From: Nitrospirota bacterium
Lineage (GTDB): Bacteria > Nitrospirota > UBA9217
Length of the DNA stretch: 64,000 nt
Direction: 5' to 3'
Assembly (NCBI GenBank): GCA_029858565.1
Contig: JAOUEV010000009.1
Location: 1-64,000 of the forward strand
Shown here: positions 20,569 through 30,590 of the stretch, one piece after another
Layout: each line of letters begins with the position of its first letter
Numbering within the stretch: position 1 is the first letter of the stretch
Notes under the pieces: model-generated
The model's input: the letters and a program-made list of their open reading frames with translations, nothing else
What the model was told of the DNA's origin: nothing
Database searches by the model: none
Position numbers and translations under genes: made by a program

Positions 20569-21006
20569 CAGGGATCATTGTGCATTCTTCGAAGCATAGC
20601 TCAAAGTGTCCGATCAGTATGTTCTGTTCTTTCCGGGGCGGAAGGTAAGAAGCACATTAATATCTATTTGCAAGATTGATCTTCCTGTCCAGGGGGCAAC
20701 CGGCAATGTTAATATCGTGGTAGTACCAATGTATAAAAGACCATCATTGAGCATCCGATGAGCAGTTGATCACAAGATCAACTGGTGCACATCTTTGAGT
20801 CAGGTAGTACCGCCTGAAATCTCTGTTAGTTCGCGAGTTCGGGGATCACAAGATGATCAGCACTATTCATGCTGGCGGGTTCGCATTAATCAAGTTTATT
20901 CCTTACGGAGATCCTCTAAAATCGCTTTGACTTACCCTTGCGCTCCATGGTAAATTGGCTCATATCCAGGCAACAAAAATCCGCGACTGATAAGGGGAGT
21001 TCCACT

Positions 21007-22092
21007 ATGATGCGCAATTTCCTGCGTCTACTCGTCATTATGACGCTCGCAATCTCTGTTCTTATCGGATGTGCCTCGACACCAGGGAAAAAAGAGCGGG
21101 TCGTTTTCTGGCCAGATCCTCCCGAGGAACCGAGAATATCCTATATAAAGAGCTACCGGACGGAGACCGATTTTCGCGGTAAGAGCTTCTTTGATATGAT
21201 ATTTGGTGTTTCTAATATAGCGCTTTTCAGCAAGCCCTACGGTGTTTACTCAGACGGTGGTCTGATCTATGCGACTGATACCGCGAGCGGTGGTGTTCTT
21301 GTATATAATCCGCTGGATAAAAAAATGCGGTTTATCATGGGTGACAAGGATAAGCTGCAGCGGCCGGTTGGCGTTGCTACGGCAGCTGACGGCACGGTCT
21401 TTGTTTCAGACGCGAAGCAGTCAAAGATCTTTGGCTATGACAACCAGGGGAAACAGGTCATGACCATCGGCAGCAGGGCCCAGTTGAATAATCCTGCCGG
21501 AATTGCCATTAACAAGGACCTCGGCCGCTTGTATATAACTGATAGCAGGGAACATAAGGTTTTCGTATTCTCTGTTAAGGGGGAGTTCCTTTTCTCCTTT
21601 GGCCAGCAGGGAACGGGGGATGGAGAATTTATTGCACCCACGAACGTTGCCATAGATAGGCGGAACGGCACCGTGTATATCGTGGATACGCTCAATTGCC
21701 GTGTGCAGGTCTTTGACAAGGATGGAAAGTTCCTCAGAAAGTTCGGAGAACTCGGTGATTCGCCTGGTTCTTTCACACGGCCAAAAGGGATCGGTGTGGA
21801 CACGGAAGGTCATGTGTATGTAGCTGATGCCGCATTCGATAACTTCCAGATCTTTGATGAGAATGGCCAGATACTTATGTTCGTGGGATCCGCAGGCCGG
21901 GGGCCGGGTCGCTTTTCCCTTCCTGCAGGCATGTACGTTGATGAGAATGATGTGATCTATGTGGCAGACCAGGTGAACCAGCGGATACAGTTGTTCCAGT
22001 TCCTGAGCGACAAGTGGAAAAAAGACCACCCTGAGGAATATCAAAAGATCCTTGCGCCCAAACAGGAACAGGAAAAATCCGGAGAGAAGTGA
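21007..22092 (+). CDS. NHL-repeat six-bladed beta-propeller lipoprotein
   Basis: Lipobox LIGC, WPDPPEEPRI, repeated P.GIA.D...YV.D..N.RVQVFD blades. Confidence 0.9.
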   Translation: MMRNFLRLLVIMTLAISVLIGCASTPGKKERVVFWPDPPEEPRISYIKSYRTETDFRGKSFFDMIFGVSNIALFSKPYGVYSDGGLIYATDTASGGVLVYNPLDKKMRFIMGDKDKLQRPVGVATAADGTVFVSDAKQSKIFGYDNQGKQVMTIGSRAQLNNPAGIAINKDLGRLYITDSREHKVFVFSVKGEFLFSFGQQGTGDGEFIAPTNVAIDRRNGTVYIVDTLNCRVQVFDKDGKFLRKFGELGDSPGSFTRPKGIGVDTEGHVYVADAAFDNFQIFDENGQILMFVGSAGRGPGRFSLPAGMYVDENDVIYVADQVNQRIQLFQFLSDKWKKDHPEEYQKILAPKQEQEKSGEK

Positions 22093-22101
22093 TCGGCTAC
22101 A

Positions 22102-23061
22102 ATGGCGGCAAAACGTGTCCTGATAATTGCTGGGCTGACCGGTGTGCTCATTTCGACCATCGTCCATGGTCAGGCCGACATCGCGGCAAGGGTCAACGGA
22201 ACGGTGATACCTCGTGCGCTGCTCGAGGAAGCGGTCGATGAGATAATCCCGCGGGCCACATTTCACGGAGCGTTGTCCGATGACCGGCGGCAGGAGTTGC
22301 GGGAAAAGGCTCTTGAAGCTTTGATCATCGCCGAACTGCAGTATCAGGATGCGCTTGCACTGGGTATGAAAGTGGATAGCGGTCTTGTCAAGGACCAGAT
22401 GAAACGGGTCCGCGACTCATTCCGTTCCTCCAAGGACTATCAGCTCTGGCTGGAAAAGAAACGGATGAGCGAGGACCAGTTGAGGGCTCGTATTGAACGG
22501 AGCCTGCTTGTCCGAACCGCTGTTGAAAAACACGTGGAAGAACCCTCCCGCTTGAGCGAGCAGGAACTGCGGGATTTTTATGACGCCAATCCGGAGCATT
22601 TCAAGGAAACGGAAAGCGTTCATGTCAGGATCATTTCTACCAAGAGTGAGACCAAATTGAACGATATTCTCGGCAAGCTCAAAACGGGTGAGGATTTCGG
22701 TTCAATCGCGTCTCGAATGTCCGATGATGGATACCGCGTGAAAGGCGGGGATATCGGTTTTGTGAAACGCGGTATGATCTACCCCGCACTTGAGGAGCGA
22801 GCCTTTTCATTGAAGCCCGGAAACAGAAGCGATGTTCTCATGGTCGATGGCACGTTCTATCTTGTTAAAGTTGAGGAGTATCGCCCGTCCCGGATTATAC
22901 CGTTCAGCGAGGCGAGAGAAGATATTAAAAAGGACCAGGAGAAGAAGCGCAGGTCTGTGTTACTGGACAAGTGGCTGACGTCTTTGCGCGCAAAGGCGGA
23001 CATTCAGGTAATTATCGGTGATATTGAAACGAAGAATGACAGTAAGAATAAGCTGCATTGA
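22102..23061 (+). CDS. SurA/PrsA-like parvulin peptidyl-prolyl isomerase chaperone
   Basis: Signal peptide, AARVNGTVI, GEDFGSIA, GGDIGFV, AFSLKPG, LRAKADI. Confidence 0.85.
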   Translation: MAAKRVLIIAGLTGVLISTIVHGQADIAARVNGTVIPRALLEEAVDEIIPRATFHGALSDDRRQELREKALEALIIAELQYQDALALGMKVDSGLVKDQMKRVRDSFRSSKDYQLWLEKKRMSEDQLRARIERSLLVRTAVEKHVEEPSRLSEQELRDFYDANPEHFKETESVHVRIISTKSETKLNDILGKLKTGEDFGSIASRMSDDGYRVKGGDIGFVKRGMIYPALEERAFSLKPGNRSDVLMVDGTFYLVKVEEYRPSRIIPFSEAREDIKKDQEKKRRSVLLDKWLTSLRAKADIQVIIGDIETKNDSKNKLH

Positions 23062-23246
23062 TCTGAAAGCATCCTGACGTAGATAAGTATTTCACACTAA
23101 AGAATCACAACTAATTGTTTTATCGTGAAATTTACCATAGTGTAATAATACTCAACTTTAGAGCGATATTGCTCATCACCTCTTTTTTTAATTACCTTTC
23201 TTTCAAACAACACATTGATAATAATAGAATTTAATACGGTTCTTCT

Positions 23247-23262
23247 GGGCAGGTTTATTGCA
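23247..23262 (+). promoter_or_regulatory. Candidate second sigma54 promoter
   Basis: GGGCAGGTTTATTGCA, GG-N10-GC, in AT-rich spacer ahead of the barrel gene. Confidence 0.55.
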
Positions 23263-23304
23263 TAAAAAACATTATCCAGTAGTACGCCTTTTGGAATAAA
23301 ACAA

Positions 23305-25212
23305 GTGTTAAATAGTAATAAAATAAAAATAATCCTTTGCTCGGCAATGCTATTCATTCTGGCTATGCCTGCTTCCTCTGCGTATGCCTACTACTACGTA
23401 TCTGGCGTGGTCGATTTTTCTTATACCTCCTATACAACCAAGATCGGAGAAAAGAAAACAACGGATACTTCCTGGACCGAGCATTATGGTGTTACGCTCG
23501 GAACAGCGGTCATAGATCCCCGTTTCCTCCAGTTGACCGCAGGCGTAAGCTATCAGAAGAGCCATTTATACAAGACGCCTGACCAGGATATTATGTCGTA
23601 CAGCATCAATGCTTCCTTCTTTCCAGGCAGGATGATCGCCTGGACACTTTTTGGAGCAAAGAGCATATTGAATGTCCCGAGCACATATAACCTTGCCGGT
23701 TATGATGTGGAGTCTTCGTCTTATGGCGGGACCATGTACTTGAAACTGAGCCTGCTTCGCAGGAAATCAGGCAATAATAATTTTTATAACAACAACAGAA
23801 ATTACAACAACAACAATAATAATAATAACAGGAGGGGTGCGTCGTTTGCTTTGCCGGACCTCACTCTGTCCGCCACGCATGCCGACGTTCAGTCGATGAA
23901 TGTAAACTTTCCCCTTCATGAAGCCCGGGACAATGTGTCAGCCCTGATGCTGTACCAGATCACGCCGTCGATCAATCTGAATGTGGATGGCAGGCGGGAG
24001 GAGTACCAAAATCTTCTGAATAATAGTACCTATACGTTTACCACGCTGGACATGGTATCGAATGTTCACCTTGCCCGGAGCGGTGAACTCCGCCTGACCG
24101 GCCGCACGACTGAGCGGGCCTATGACAATATTGGCGGATCAACAGGCACAATCAGCACCTACCTTGTGGGCGCCCAACTCGACCTGCAGCCGAAAAAGAG
24201 CATCTCCCAGTCTTATCGCACCAACTACGGACGTGTGGAGTCCATGGGTGCAGAGATCATCAGCAAGGATGCACGGGCACAGATCCAATATGCCATGCTT
24301 CGGGAACTCTCATTCAAATCGGCCATTTCCTATGGCGAGACGGACTACCGGCGCGATGCCACAGCTGCTACACCAGCAACACACAGCAATATTAAGACTG
24401 GGGCATTGTCGGTCGGAGCCCACTACCTGAAGGAGTTCAAACCCGAGATGCTCGATCCGTTCATCGTGCGGGCTGGGTATGATTTCGATACCGGATTTAC
24501 GGACATCACCTACGAGTCCGGGCAACAATCCAAGGGGAAATTCTATCAGAATCAGGCAAGTCTTGGTCTGCTCAGTTCCGGTTGGAGGTTCGAGACCCTT
24601 GAGTTGGGGTATAGCTACGTGAGCAGACGGGATAATTCGCTGATGAACCAGAACTTGCTGAGCGAAAACTATTGGCTATCTATGAGCACGCGGCGCATTC
24701 CCAGATCAAGGTTGAACGCATCGGTCAAATATTCCTTAAGTACGACCAATACCGGTCCTTCACCAGATCCTTTTGTGTCCCAGCAGCCTGAAACAAACAG
24801 GGATGCGCGGTTTTTGCAGTATAACGCCAATTTCGAGCATGACATATCCTCGAACCTGAGCTTTATATCCGGGGCGAGCCGGGCAAAGACAAATTCGAAC
24901 TCTGCCTACACCCTGGCGACGGTTCCATTATATGGCGCCTCGGATGTTACTTCAGAAAGGTATTTCGCGTCCTTGAACGGGAATTATCCACTGGGACGGG
25001 CATTGCAGCTGCGCTGCCAGGCTTCCGAGGAATGGTCGAATACCGAGCCCAATGGTTCGCGGTTACAGTCCCATTTGCTCAGTGCGGGTATCGACTGGCG
25101 TCTCAGAAAGATATTTATCAACGCCGATTATCGGTGGCGGCAGGATATGCGTGAGGCGAGCCCAACGATACAACAACAGTATTTCTTTGTCAAGGCGGTA
25201 CGTCCTTTCTAA
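23305..25212 (+). CDS. Putative large outer-membrane beta-barrel protein
   Basis: Signal peptide (AYA), Tyr/Ser-rich alternating strands throughout, C-terminal YFFVKAVRPF ending in Phe. Confidence 0.75.
   Translation: MLNSNKIKIILCSAMLFILAMPASSAYAYYYVSGVVDFSYTSYTTKIGEKKTTDTSWTEHYGVTLGTAVIDPRFLQLTAGVSYQKSHLYKTPDQDIMSYSINASFFPGRMIAWTLFGAKSILNVPSTYNLAGYDVESSSYGGTMYLKLSLLRRKSGNNNFYNNNRNYNNNNNNNNRRGASFALPDLTLSATHADVQSMNVNFPLHEARDNVSALMLYQITPSINLNVDGRREEYQNLLNNSTYTFTTLDMVSNVHLARSGELRLTGRTTERAYDNIGGSTGTISTYLVGAQLDLQPKKSISQSYRTNYGRVESMGAEIISKDARAQIQYAMLRELSFKSAISYGETDYRRDATAATPATHSNIKTGALSVGAHYLKEFKPEMLDPFIVRAGYDFDTGFTDITYESGQQSKGKFYQNQASLGLLSSGWRFETLELGYSYVSRRDNSLMNQNLLSENYWLSMSTRRIPRSRLNASVKYSLSTTNTGPSPDPFVSQQPETNRDARFLQYNANFEHDISSNLSFISGASRAKTNSNSAYTLATVPLYGASDVTSERYFASLNGNYPLGRALQLRCQASEEWSNTEPNGSRLQSHLLSAGIDWRLRKIFINADYRWRQDMREASPTIQQQYFFVKAVRPF
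23773..23829 (+). repeat. AAT/AAC trinucleotide tract encoding poly-Asn
   Basis: Encodes NNNFYNNNRNYNNNNNNNN. Confidence 0.9.
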
Positions 25213-25436
25213 CCGATCTCTCACCAGGGATTCCGGCACTTTTCCTTTCTAACCCATTTAGCGCCAGTAACTTGTTCGCTTGATAATATTTGTATCATGA
25301 AAAAAGAGGTGGGATGGTCCATTCGACTCCTGGTTAACAAGGTGTAAAACGAGTCATCTCCATGGCGGAGTCTTCGAATGCCTTGTGTCGGGGAGCATAG
25401 ATGCCAGGAGAAGTGATCGAAGTTTGGTAAAACAGG

Positions 25437-25470
25437 AAAGCCCGGAATGCTAATGGCACTCCGGGCTTTT
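25437..25470. terminator. Likely bidirectional terminator between convergent genes
   Basis: AAAGCCCGGAATGC-TAATG-GCACTCCGGGCTTTT. Confidence 0.65.
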
Positions 25471-25498
25471 GGTGTTTACGCTAGAGATCAGCTGGAGC

Positions 25499-26299
25499 TT
25501 ATTGGACCTTTTTAGGAGGCGCGGTCGTGATGGGAATAGGCTTCTGCTGGGGACCGGGCGGCGGGGCCGTTGTCGTTGCTGAAGAACTGGCGACTGCCGA
25601 GGGTTTGGCAGCTGCTTGTGGCGCAACAGCAGGCATGTCCTGTGTGGCCGCTACGGGAGGCGAGATGACGATGATCGTTTTCTGGTCCTTGATCTTGAAT
25701 CCGCGATCAGGCAGTTTCGCAGGATAGGATGATGCCACCAGCAGTTCCTCTGATACTCCGTTCTTGACAAGGTACTTCACCAACTCGCCGGACCGAGCAG
25801 CTGCAATGGTCCTGCCATCTTTTGCCGGTGTCTTTTTGCGGCCCCTTCCCTGAGCTGGAACAGACTGGGTCATATTTCCGATCAGGATCTCCTTATCCTT
25901 GAACTCTTTGAGCAGGGAAGCAAGGTTTTCCAGGACCGCGATGCTGCTCTTGCCTCCGAAGGTCACCGAGCGGGGAGTGAAAAGCAAAGACTCCGTTATG
26001 TTCAGGACGATGCGGTTGTCCACAACTGTTATTTCAGCCTTGCCTTCGGATATCTCTTTTTCAAATCCTTTTTTCAGGAGATCTGTCGCCGGAGCGATCC
26101 ACGCTGTTTCCTGCTTGATCCTGGACTCGCGCTCTTTAAGTTTTTTCAACTCTGTGCGGGTCTTGTCAAACTCCGGTTGAGCGGCCTTGAACCTGTCCAG
26201 GTCTGCTGACAGTGGTTTGTATACAGCCATATAGAAGTACCCAGCGCCTGCAAGGCCTGCGACCAGCAGCCCGATAAGGATATACGCGACGATCTTCAT
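25499..26299 (-). CDS. OmpA/MotB-like membrane-anchored protein (degenerate)
   Basis: TM anchor, coiled coil, LNITESLLF, AARSGELVKYLVKNGV; Pro/Ala-rich tail. Confidence 0.65.
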   Translation of the reverse strand: MKIVAYILIGLLVAGLAGAGYFYMAVYKPLSADLDRFKAAQPEFDKTRTELKKLKERESRIKQETAWIAPATDLLKKGFEKEISEGKAEITVVDNRIVLNITESLLFTPRSVTFGGKSSIAVLENLASLLKEFKDKEILIGNMTQSVPAQGRGRKKTPAKDGRTIAAARSGELVKYLVKNGVSEELLVASSYPAKLPDRGFKIKDQKTIIVISPPVAATQDMPAVAPQAAAKPSAVASSSATTTAPPPGPQQKPIPITTAPPKKVQ

Positions 26300-26369
26300 G
26301 ATACCTCCCTCAACACGGATAGTTTCCGCGCTATTTCAGAATTTCTTCCTGAGAAGAACGGATCCCCTC

Positions 26370-27569
26370 CTACTTTAGCTTTGCAAGTGCTGTTTCCATT
26401 CTATCCATGCCCTTGGTGATGGTTTCCAGGGAAGTGGCATAGGATAAGCGGATATAAGCATCCGCACCGAAGGAGTCGCCGGATACAAGAGCAACCTTGG
26501 CCTCTTCAAGAAGATAAGCGGCCATATCGCCGGAATTTCCGATCACCTTGCCTGCAGCAGCTTTCCCGTACAGCTTCGCCACATTTGGAAATGCGTAGAA
26601 TGCCCCGACCGGCATGATGCACGATGTTCCCGGCATTTTGTTCAGGCGCTCTACCATATATTTCCGGCGCTTGTCGAATTCCTTGTTCATGACCGGCAGG
26701 AAATCCTGGGTGCCTTTGAGCGCCTCGAGAGCGGCCTTCTGGGAGATCGATGTCGGATTGGACGTGCTCTGGCTCTGGATGTTCGCCATGGCCGTGATGA
26801 CGTCCTTGGGCCCTGCCGCGTACCCGATGCGCCAGCCGGTCATGCAATGGGATTTTGAAACACCGTTGACCACGATCGTGAGGTCCTTGATCTCCGGACC
26901 AAGGGAGGCGATGCTGGTGTGGGTGAAACCATCGTACACCAGTTTCTCATAGATCTCGTCGGAGATCACATATATCTTATGCTTCACTGCGACCGCGGCG
27001 ATCGCCTCCAGTGTCTTGCGGTCGTAGGCAAGGCCGGTCGGATTCGACGGGCTGTTCAGGATGATCGCCTTGGTCTTTTTGGTAACAGCTTTTTCCAATT
27101 TTTCCGCTGATATCCTGAAACCCTCGGCTTCGGTCGTCTCGACGATCACCGGCGTCGCATCGTTCAGGAGGACCTGGTCGGGATAGGACACCCAGTAGGG
27201 CGAAGGGATGATGACCTCGTCACCGGGGTCGAAGATCGCTTCGGCAATATTGTAAAGGCTGTGTTTTGCCCCGCAGGAGATCAGGACCTGCGATTTTTCA
27301 TAGGAAAGTCCGTTGTCCTTCTTGAACTTTTCAACAACAGCATCCTTGAGCTCATCAGTGCCGCCGGCGGGCGTATATTTGGTGAATCCCGCCTCGATCG
27401 CCTTGATACCGGCCAGTTTCACATTCTCCGGAGTGTCGAAATCCGGCTCTCCGACACCGAAATCGACTACATCGATGCCTTGGGCCTTCATGGCCTTTGC
27501 TTTTGCGGCCATTGCCAGAGTTGGTGACGGTTTGATCGCCTGAGCACGTTTTGCAATTCCGATTGTCAT
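26370..27569 (-). CDS. aspC: Aspartate aminotransferase (class I PLP)
   Basis: GEPDFDTP, NSPSNPTG, SDEIYE, SKSHCMTGWRIGY. Confidence 0.92.
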   Translation of the reverse strand: MTIGIAKRAQAIKPSPTLAMAAKAKAMKAQGIDVVDFGVGEPDFDTPENVKLAGIKAIEAGFTKYTPAGGTDELKDAVVEKFKKDNGLSYEKSQVLISCGAKHSLYNIAEAIFDPGDEVIIPSPYWVSYPDQVLLNDATPVIVETTEAEGFRISAEKLEKAVTKKTKAIILNSPSNPTGLAYDRKTLEAIAAVAVKHKIYVISDEIYEKLVYDGFTHTSIASLGPEIKDLTIVVNGVSKSHCMTGWRIGYAAGPKDVITAMANIQSQSTSNPTSISQKAALEALKGTQDFLPVMNKEFDKRRKYMVERLNKMPGTSCIMPVGAFYAFPNVAKLYGKAAAGKVIGNSGDMAAYLLEEAKVALVSGDSFGADAYIRLSYATSLETITKGMDRMETALAKLK

Positions 27570-27792
27570 ACTGAGGGAAACCTTTCTCGCATGGAATGAG
27601 TTGAAATTCTTTCGTTTTTAACATGGCCCGTCGGTATTGTCAATTGATTTTTGTTGAACCCGGGTTGCAGGAACAGGGTTCGAAGGAGCGGATAATGTTC
27701 ATTCGCGCAGGCTTGTCATCTGTGCGAACATCTTGCGAAGCATATGCGCACCATGGTATAGTTCCTTGTCATCCAATCCCAGGAGGATATTT

Positions 27793-29274
27793 TTGGATCT
27801 GCTGCTGCTTCTCGGTTATCCACTGGTCCTGGTCGCCGGTCTTGAGATCCTGCTCGCGGTACTGCTTCTCTACCAGAACCAGCGCCAGAGCCGCGTGAAC
27901 CGGGCTGTTGCGGCATTTTCTTTCATTTCCGCAGCCTTTTCCCTGAGTACGTCGCTCATGTACCTTTCTGCAGCAGCAGGTCTTGATCATATCCTGTTCG
28001 CGCGTTTTAACTGGATAGGCTGGCTCAGCATCCCGGCCTCGCTGCAATTTATCTTCTATCTTCGCGATGAGAACAGTTCAAAGGGACATTTTGTGGGCTG
28101 GGCCCTCTACGCTTTCTGGACAGTGGTGCTCGGCATCGCGCTTTTAACGGATCTTATCGTTACCGATCACTATAGGCTGATCCCTTTTGAGAACCGACCT
28201 GGTCCCCTGGAAAATCCACTGCGCTTTCTGGGTGGTGCACTTATCGTGTGGCTGATGGTCGAGATCGTGAAACTGCGAAGGGAGGTTTCAGGTGTCAAGC
28301 GGGCGCAACTGAACTATTTCTTTCATGGCACGCTCATATTTGCCACGATGGGATCGTTGACCGCAGGATTCCTGCAGGTATTCGGAGGATTCGGGTTCGA
28401 ACCAGGACTTGCTTCGTACTTCAGCTTTCCCTGGGTGGTGCTGACGTTCTATGCCATTACGCGATATCGGTTGTTCGATATTCGCATCGTCATATCGAAA
28501 GCGCTCAGCGTGGCGCTGCTGTTTGTCCTGTTTGCCTGGGCTCACGTGGTCCTGTTCCAGGTGCTGACCCCCATTTTGGGGAGTTCCCTGGCTGTACTTG
28601 TGTCGCTCACGCTCACGGTGCTCGTATTTTTCGGGACCCCCTTCAGCAGCAGGGTGCGGGAACTTGTCCAGCGCACCATCCTGCAGGACAAATATCTTTA
28701 CCAGGACGTTCTCAAGGAATCGGTCAAGGCGATCGTCACGATCCTGGACTTTGGTGAACTCCTGGACTACATCGTTGACACGATCAGGAAGAGCCTGCAG
28801 GCCGAGAATGTCGCATTGTTCCTCAAAACACCTGAAGGGACCTATGCGCTTCGTCACGGCATTGGCAGTGCGGTGCTGATGCGAGAAGAATGCATCCTGG
28901 ACCCGGGGGTCATCGAGCTTGTTCAGCAGGCAGGCCAGGCCGTAGTGCGTGAGGAAGTGGAGCGGATCCTCCCGGATGATGTCTTTGGTACTCTCAACAG
29001 GTCGCTCCGGGATATCGACGCCGAACTGCTGCTTCCCCTGCGTTACAAGGGACAGCTCCAGGGCGTGCTCACCGTAGGGAAAAAAGGGAGCGGAGAGCAT
29101 TATCTGCAGAGCGACATCGATCTGCTCGATGCTCTTGCGGGGCATGCCGCGGTCGCCATCGAGAACGCCCGTCTCTATGAGGAGGCGAAGCTCGCGCACG
29201 AATCACTGCAACAGAGCGAGGCGCGCCTCTCCGCCATGGCCGAGCATTCTATCGGCAAATATCTTTCCCGCTGA
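27793..29274 (+). CDS. HisKA-7TM-type membrane sensor with GAF domain, no output domain
   Basis: ~9 hydrophobic helices, YAITRYRLFDI, GAF ending AAVAIENARLY; TTG start after AGGAGG. Confidence 0.8.
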   Translation: MDLLLLLGYPLVLVAGLEILLAVLLLYQNQRQSRVNRAVAAFSFISAAFSLSTSLMYLSAAAGLDHILFARFNWIGWLSIPASLQFIFYLRDENSSKGHFVGWALYAFWTVVLGIALLTDLIVTDHYRLIPFENRPGPLENPLRFLGGALIVWLMVEIVKLRREVSGVKRAQLNYFFHGTLIFATMGSLTAGFLQVFGGFGFEPGLASYFSFPWVVLTFYAITRYRLFDIRIVISKALSVALLFVLFAWAHVVLFQVLTPILGSSLAVLVSLTLTVLVFFGTPFSSRVRELVQRTILQDKYLYQDVLKESVKAIVTILDFGELLDYIVDTIRKSLQAENVALFLKTPEGTYALRHGIGSAVLMREECILDPGVIELVQQAGQAVVREEVERILPDDVFGTLNRSLRDIDAELLLPLRYKGQLQGVLTVGKKGSGEHYLQSDIDLLDALAGHAAVAIENARLYEEAKLAHESLQQSEARLSAMAEHSIGKYLSR

Positions 29275-29375
29275 ACAGCGGGCGTCGGGAAGAATCTCCT
29301 TGTCAGGAGTTCAGTTCCCGCAGTCCATAGGATTACTTGCGTGATATCACTACCCGTTCTCCGGATGATCCGCCG

Positions 29376-30590
29376 ATGAGTCAGCCTTCCGAGCCCTCTG
29401 CATCTTTCTGGCGCCGCGGTCTGTCGCGGAACGTTGTGATACTGGGCTTTGTCAGTCTCCTGAACGATGCTGCCTCGGAAATGATCTATCCCCTGCTTCC
29501 GGTGTTCCTTACGTCAGTGCTTGGCGCGGGACCGGCGGCGTTAGGGATCATCGAAGGAATCGCTGAGTCCACGGCTTCGTTCTTGAAGCTTTACTCCGGC
29601 TACCTCTCCGACCGGTTTCGACGCAGAAAAGCCTGGGTCGTCATCGGCTATACCCTTTCGAACATTATCCGTCCGCTCATTGCCGTTGCCGGTTCCTGGT
29701 TCCAGGTCCTGACGCTTCGCTTTGCCGATCGGGTGGGGAAAGGTCTCCGGACCTCTCCTCGGGACGCGCTGATCGCAGATTCGACGCCTGAGGAAATGCG
29801 GGGTGCGGCCTATGGGTTCCACCGGGCCATGGACCATGCCGGCGCTATCGTGGGACCGCTGCTTGCAACAGGCCTCCTGCTCCTGCTGCATGACAGTATC
29901 CCGACGGTATTTCTTCTGTCGGTCATCCCGGGCACGCTGGCCGTGGTCCTGCTGCTCGTCGGGCTCCGGGAAAAAGAGCGGGAAGCGCCGAAGCCAGGCG
30001 TTCGTTTCCAGTTCGGGACAGCATGGGACGAAATGCCGGGATCCTTCCGAAAATACCTCCTCATCCTTTTGCTCTTTACGCTCGGGAACTCCACGGACGC
30101 ATTTTTGCTCGTACGGGCGCAGTCCCTCGGCGTTCCGGTGGCGCTGCTTCCGACAATCTGGGTAGCCCTGCACGTCGTAAAAATGCTTTTTTCCGTGCCC
30201 GGCGGGATGCTTTCGGACCGCGTCGGCAGGAAGTCCGTCATAGTCGCGGGATGGATCATCTACGCCGCCGTGTATGCCGGTTTCGGCGCAGCCAGCCAGG
30301 CATGGCATGTCTGGGTGCTGTTCGCGGTGTATGGTGTTTACTTCGGCCTGACCGAGGGGGTGGAGAAGGCGTTGGTTGCCGATTTCGCACCTGCTCATCT
30401 TCGGGGCTCCGCGTTCGGCCTGTACCATCTGACCATGGGGATCGGCGCGCTGCCGGCTTCCCTGCTCTTCGGTTTTATCTGGCAGTCCTTTGGACCGGCC
30501 ATGGCATTCGGAATGGGAGCGGCGCTCGCTCTTTTTGCCGGCCTGCTTTTGGCGTTCCTGCCGGCGGTCAGGAAAGCGCCTGCAACGTAG
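29376..30590 (+). CDS. MFS transporter
   Basis: SLLNDAASEMIYPLLP, DRVGKGLRTSPRDALIA, GFHRAMDHAGA. Confidence 0.92.
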   Translation: MSQPSEPSASFWRRGLSRNVVILGFVSLLNDAASEMIYPLLPVFLTSVLGAGPAALGIIEGIAESTASFLKLYSGYLSDRFRRRKAWVVIGYTLSNIIRPLIAVAGSWFQVLTLRFADRVGKGLRTSPRDALIADSTPEEMRGAAYGFHRAMDHAGAIVGPLLATGLLLLLHDSIPTVFLLSVIPGTLAVVLLLVGLREKEREAPKPGVRFQFGTAWDEMPGSFRKYLLILLLFTLGNSTDAFLLVRAQSLGVPVALLPTIWVALHVVKMLFSVPGGMLSDRVGRKSVIVAGWIIYAAVYAGFGAASQAWHVWVLFAVYGVYFGLTEGVEKALVADFAPAHLRGSAFGLYHLTMGIGALPASLLFGFIWQSFGPAMAFGMGAALALFAGLLLAFLPAVRKAPAT

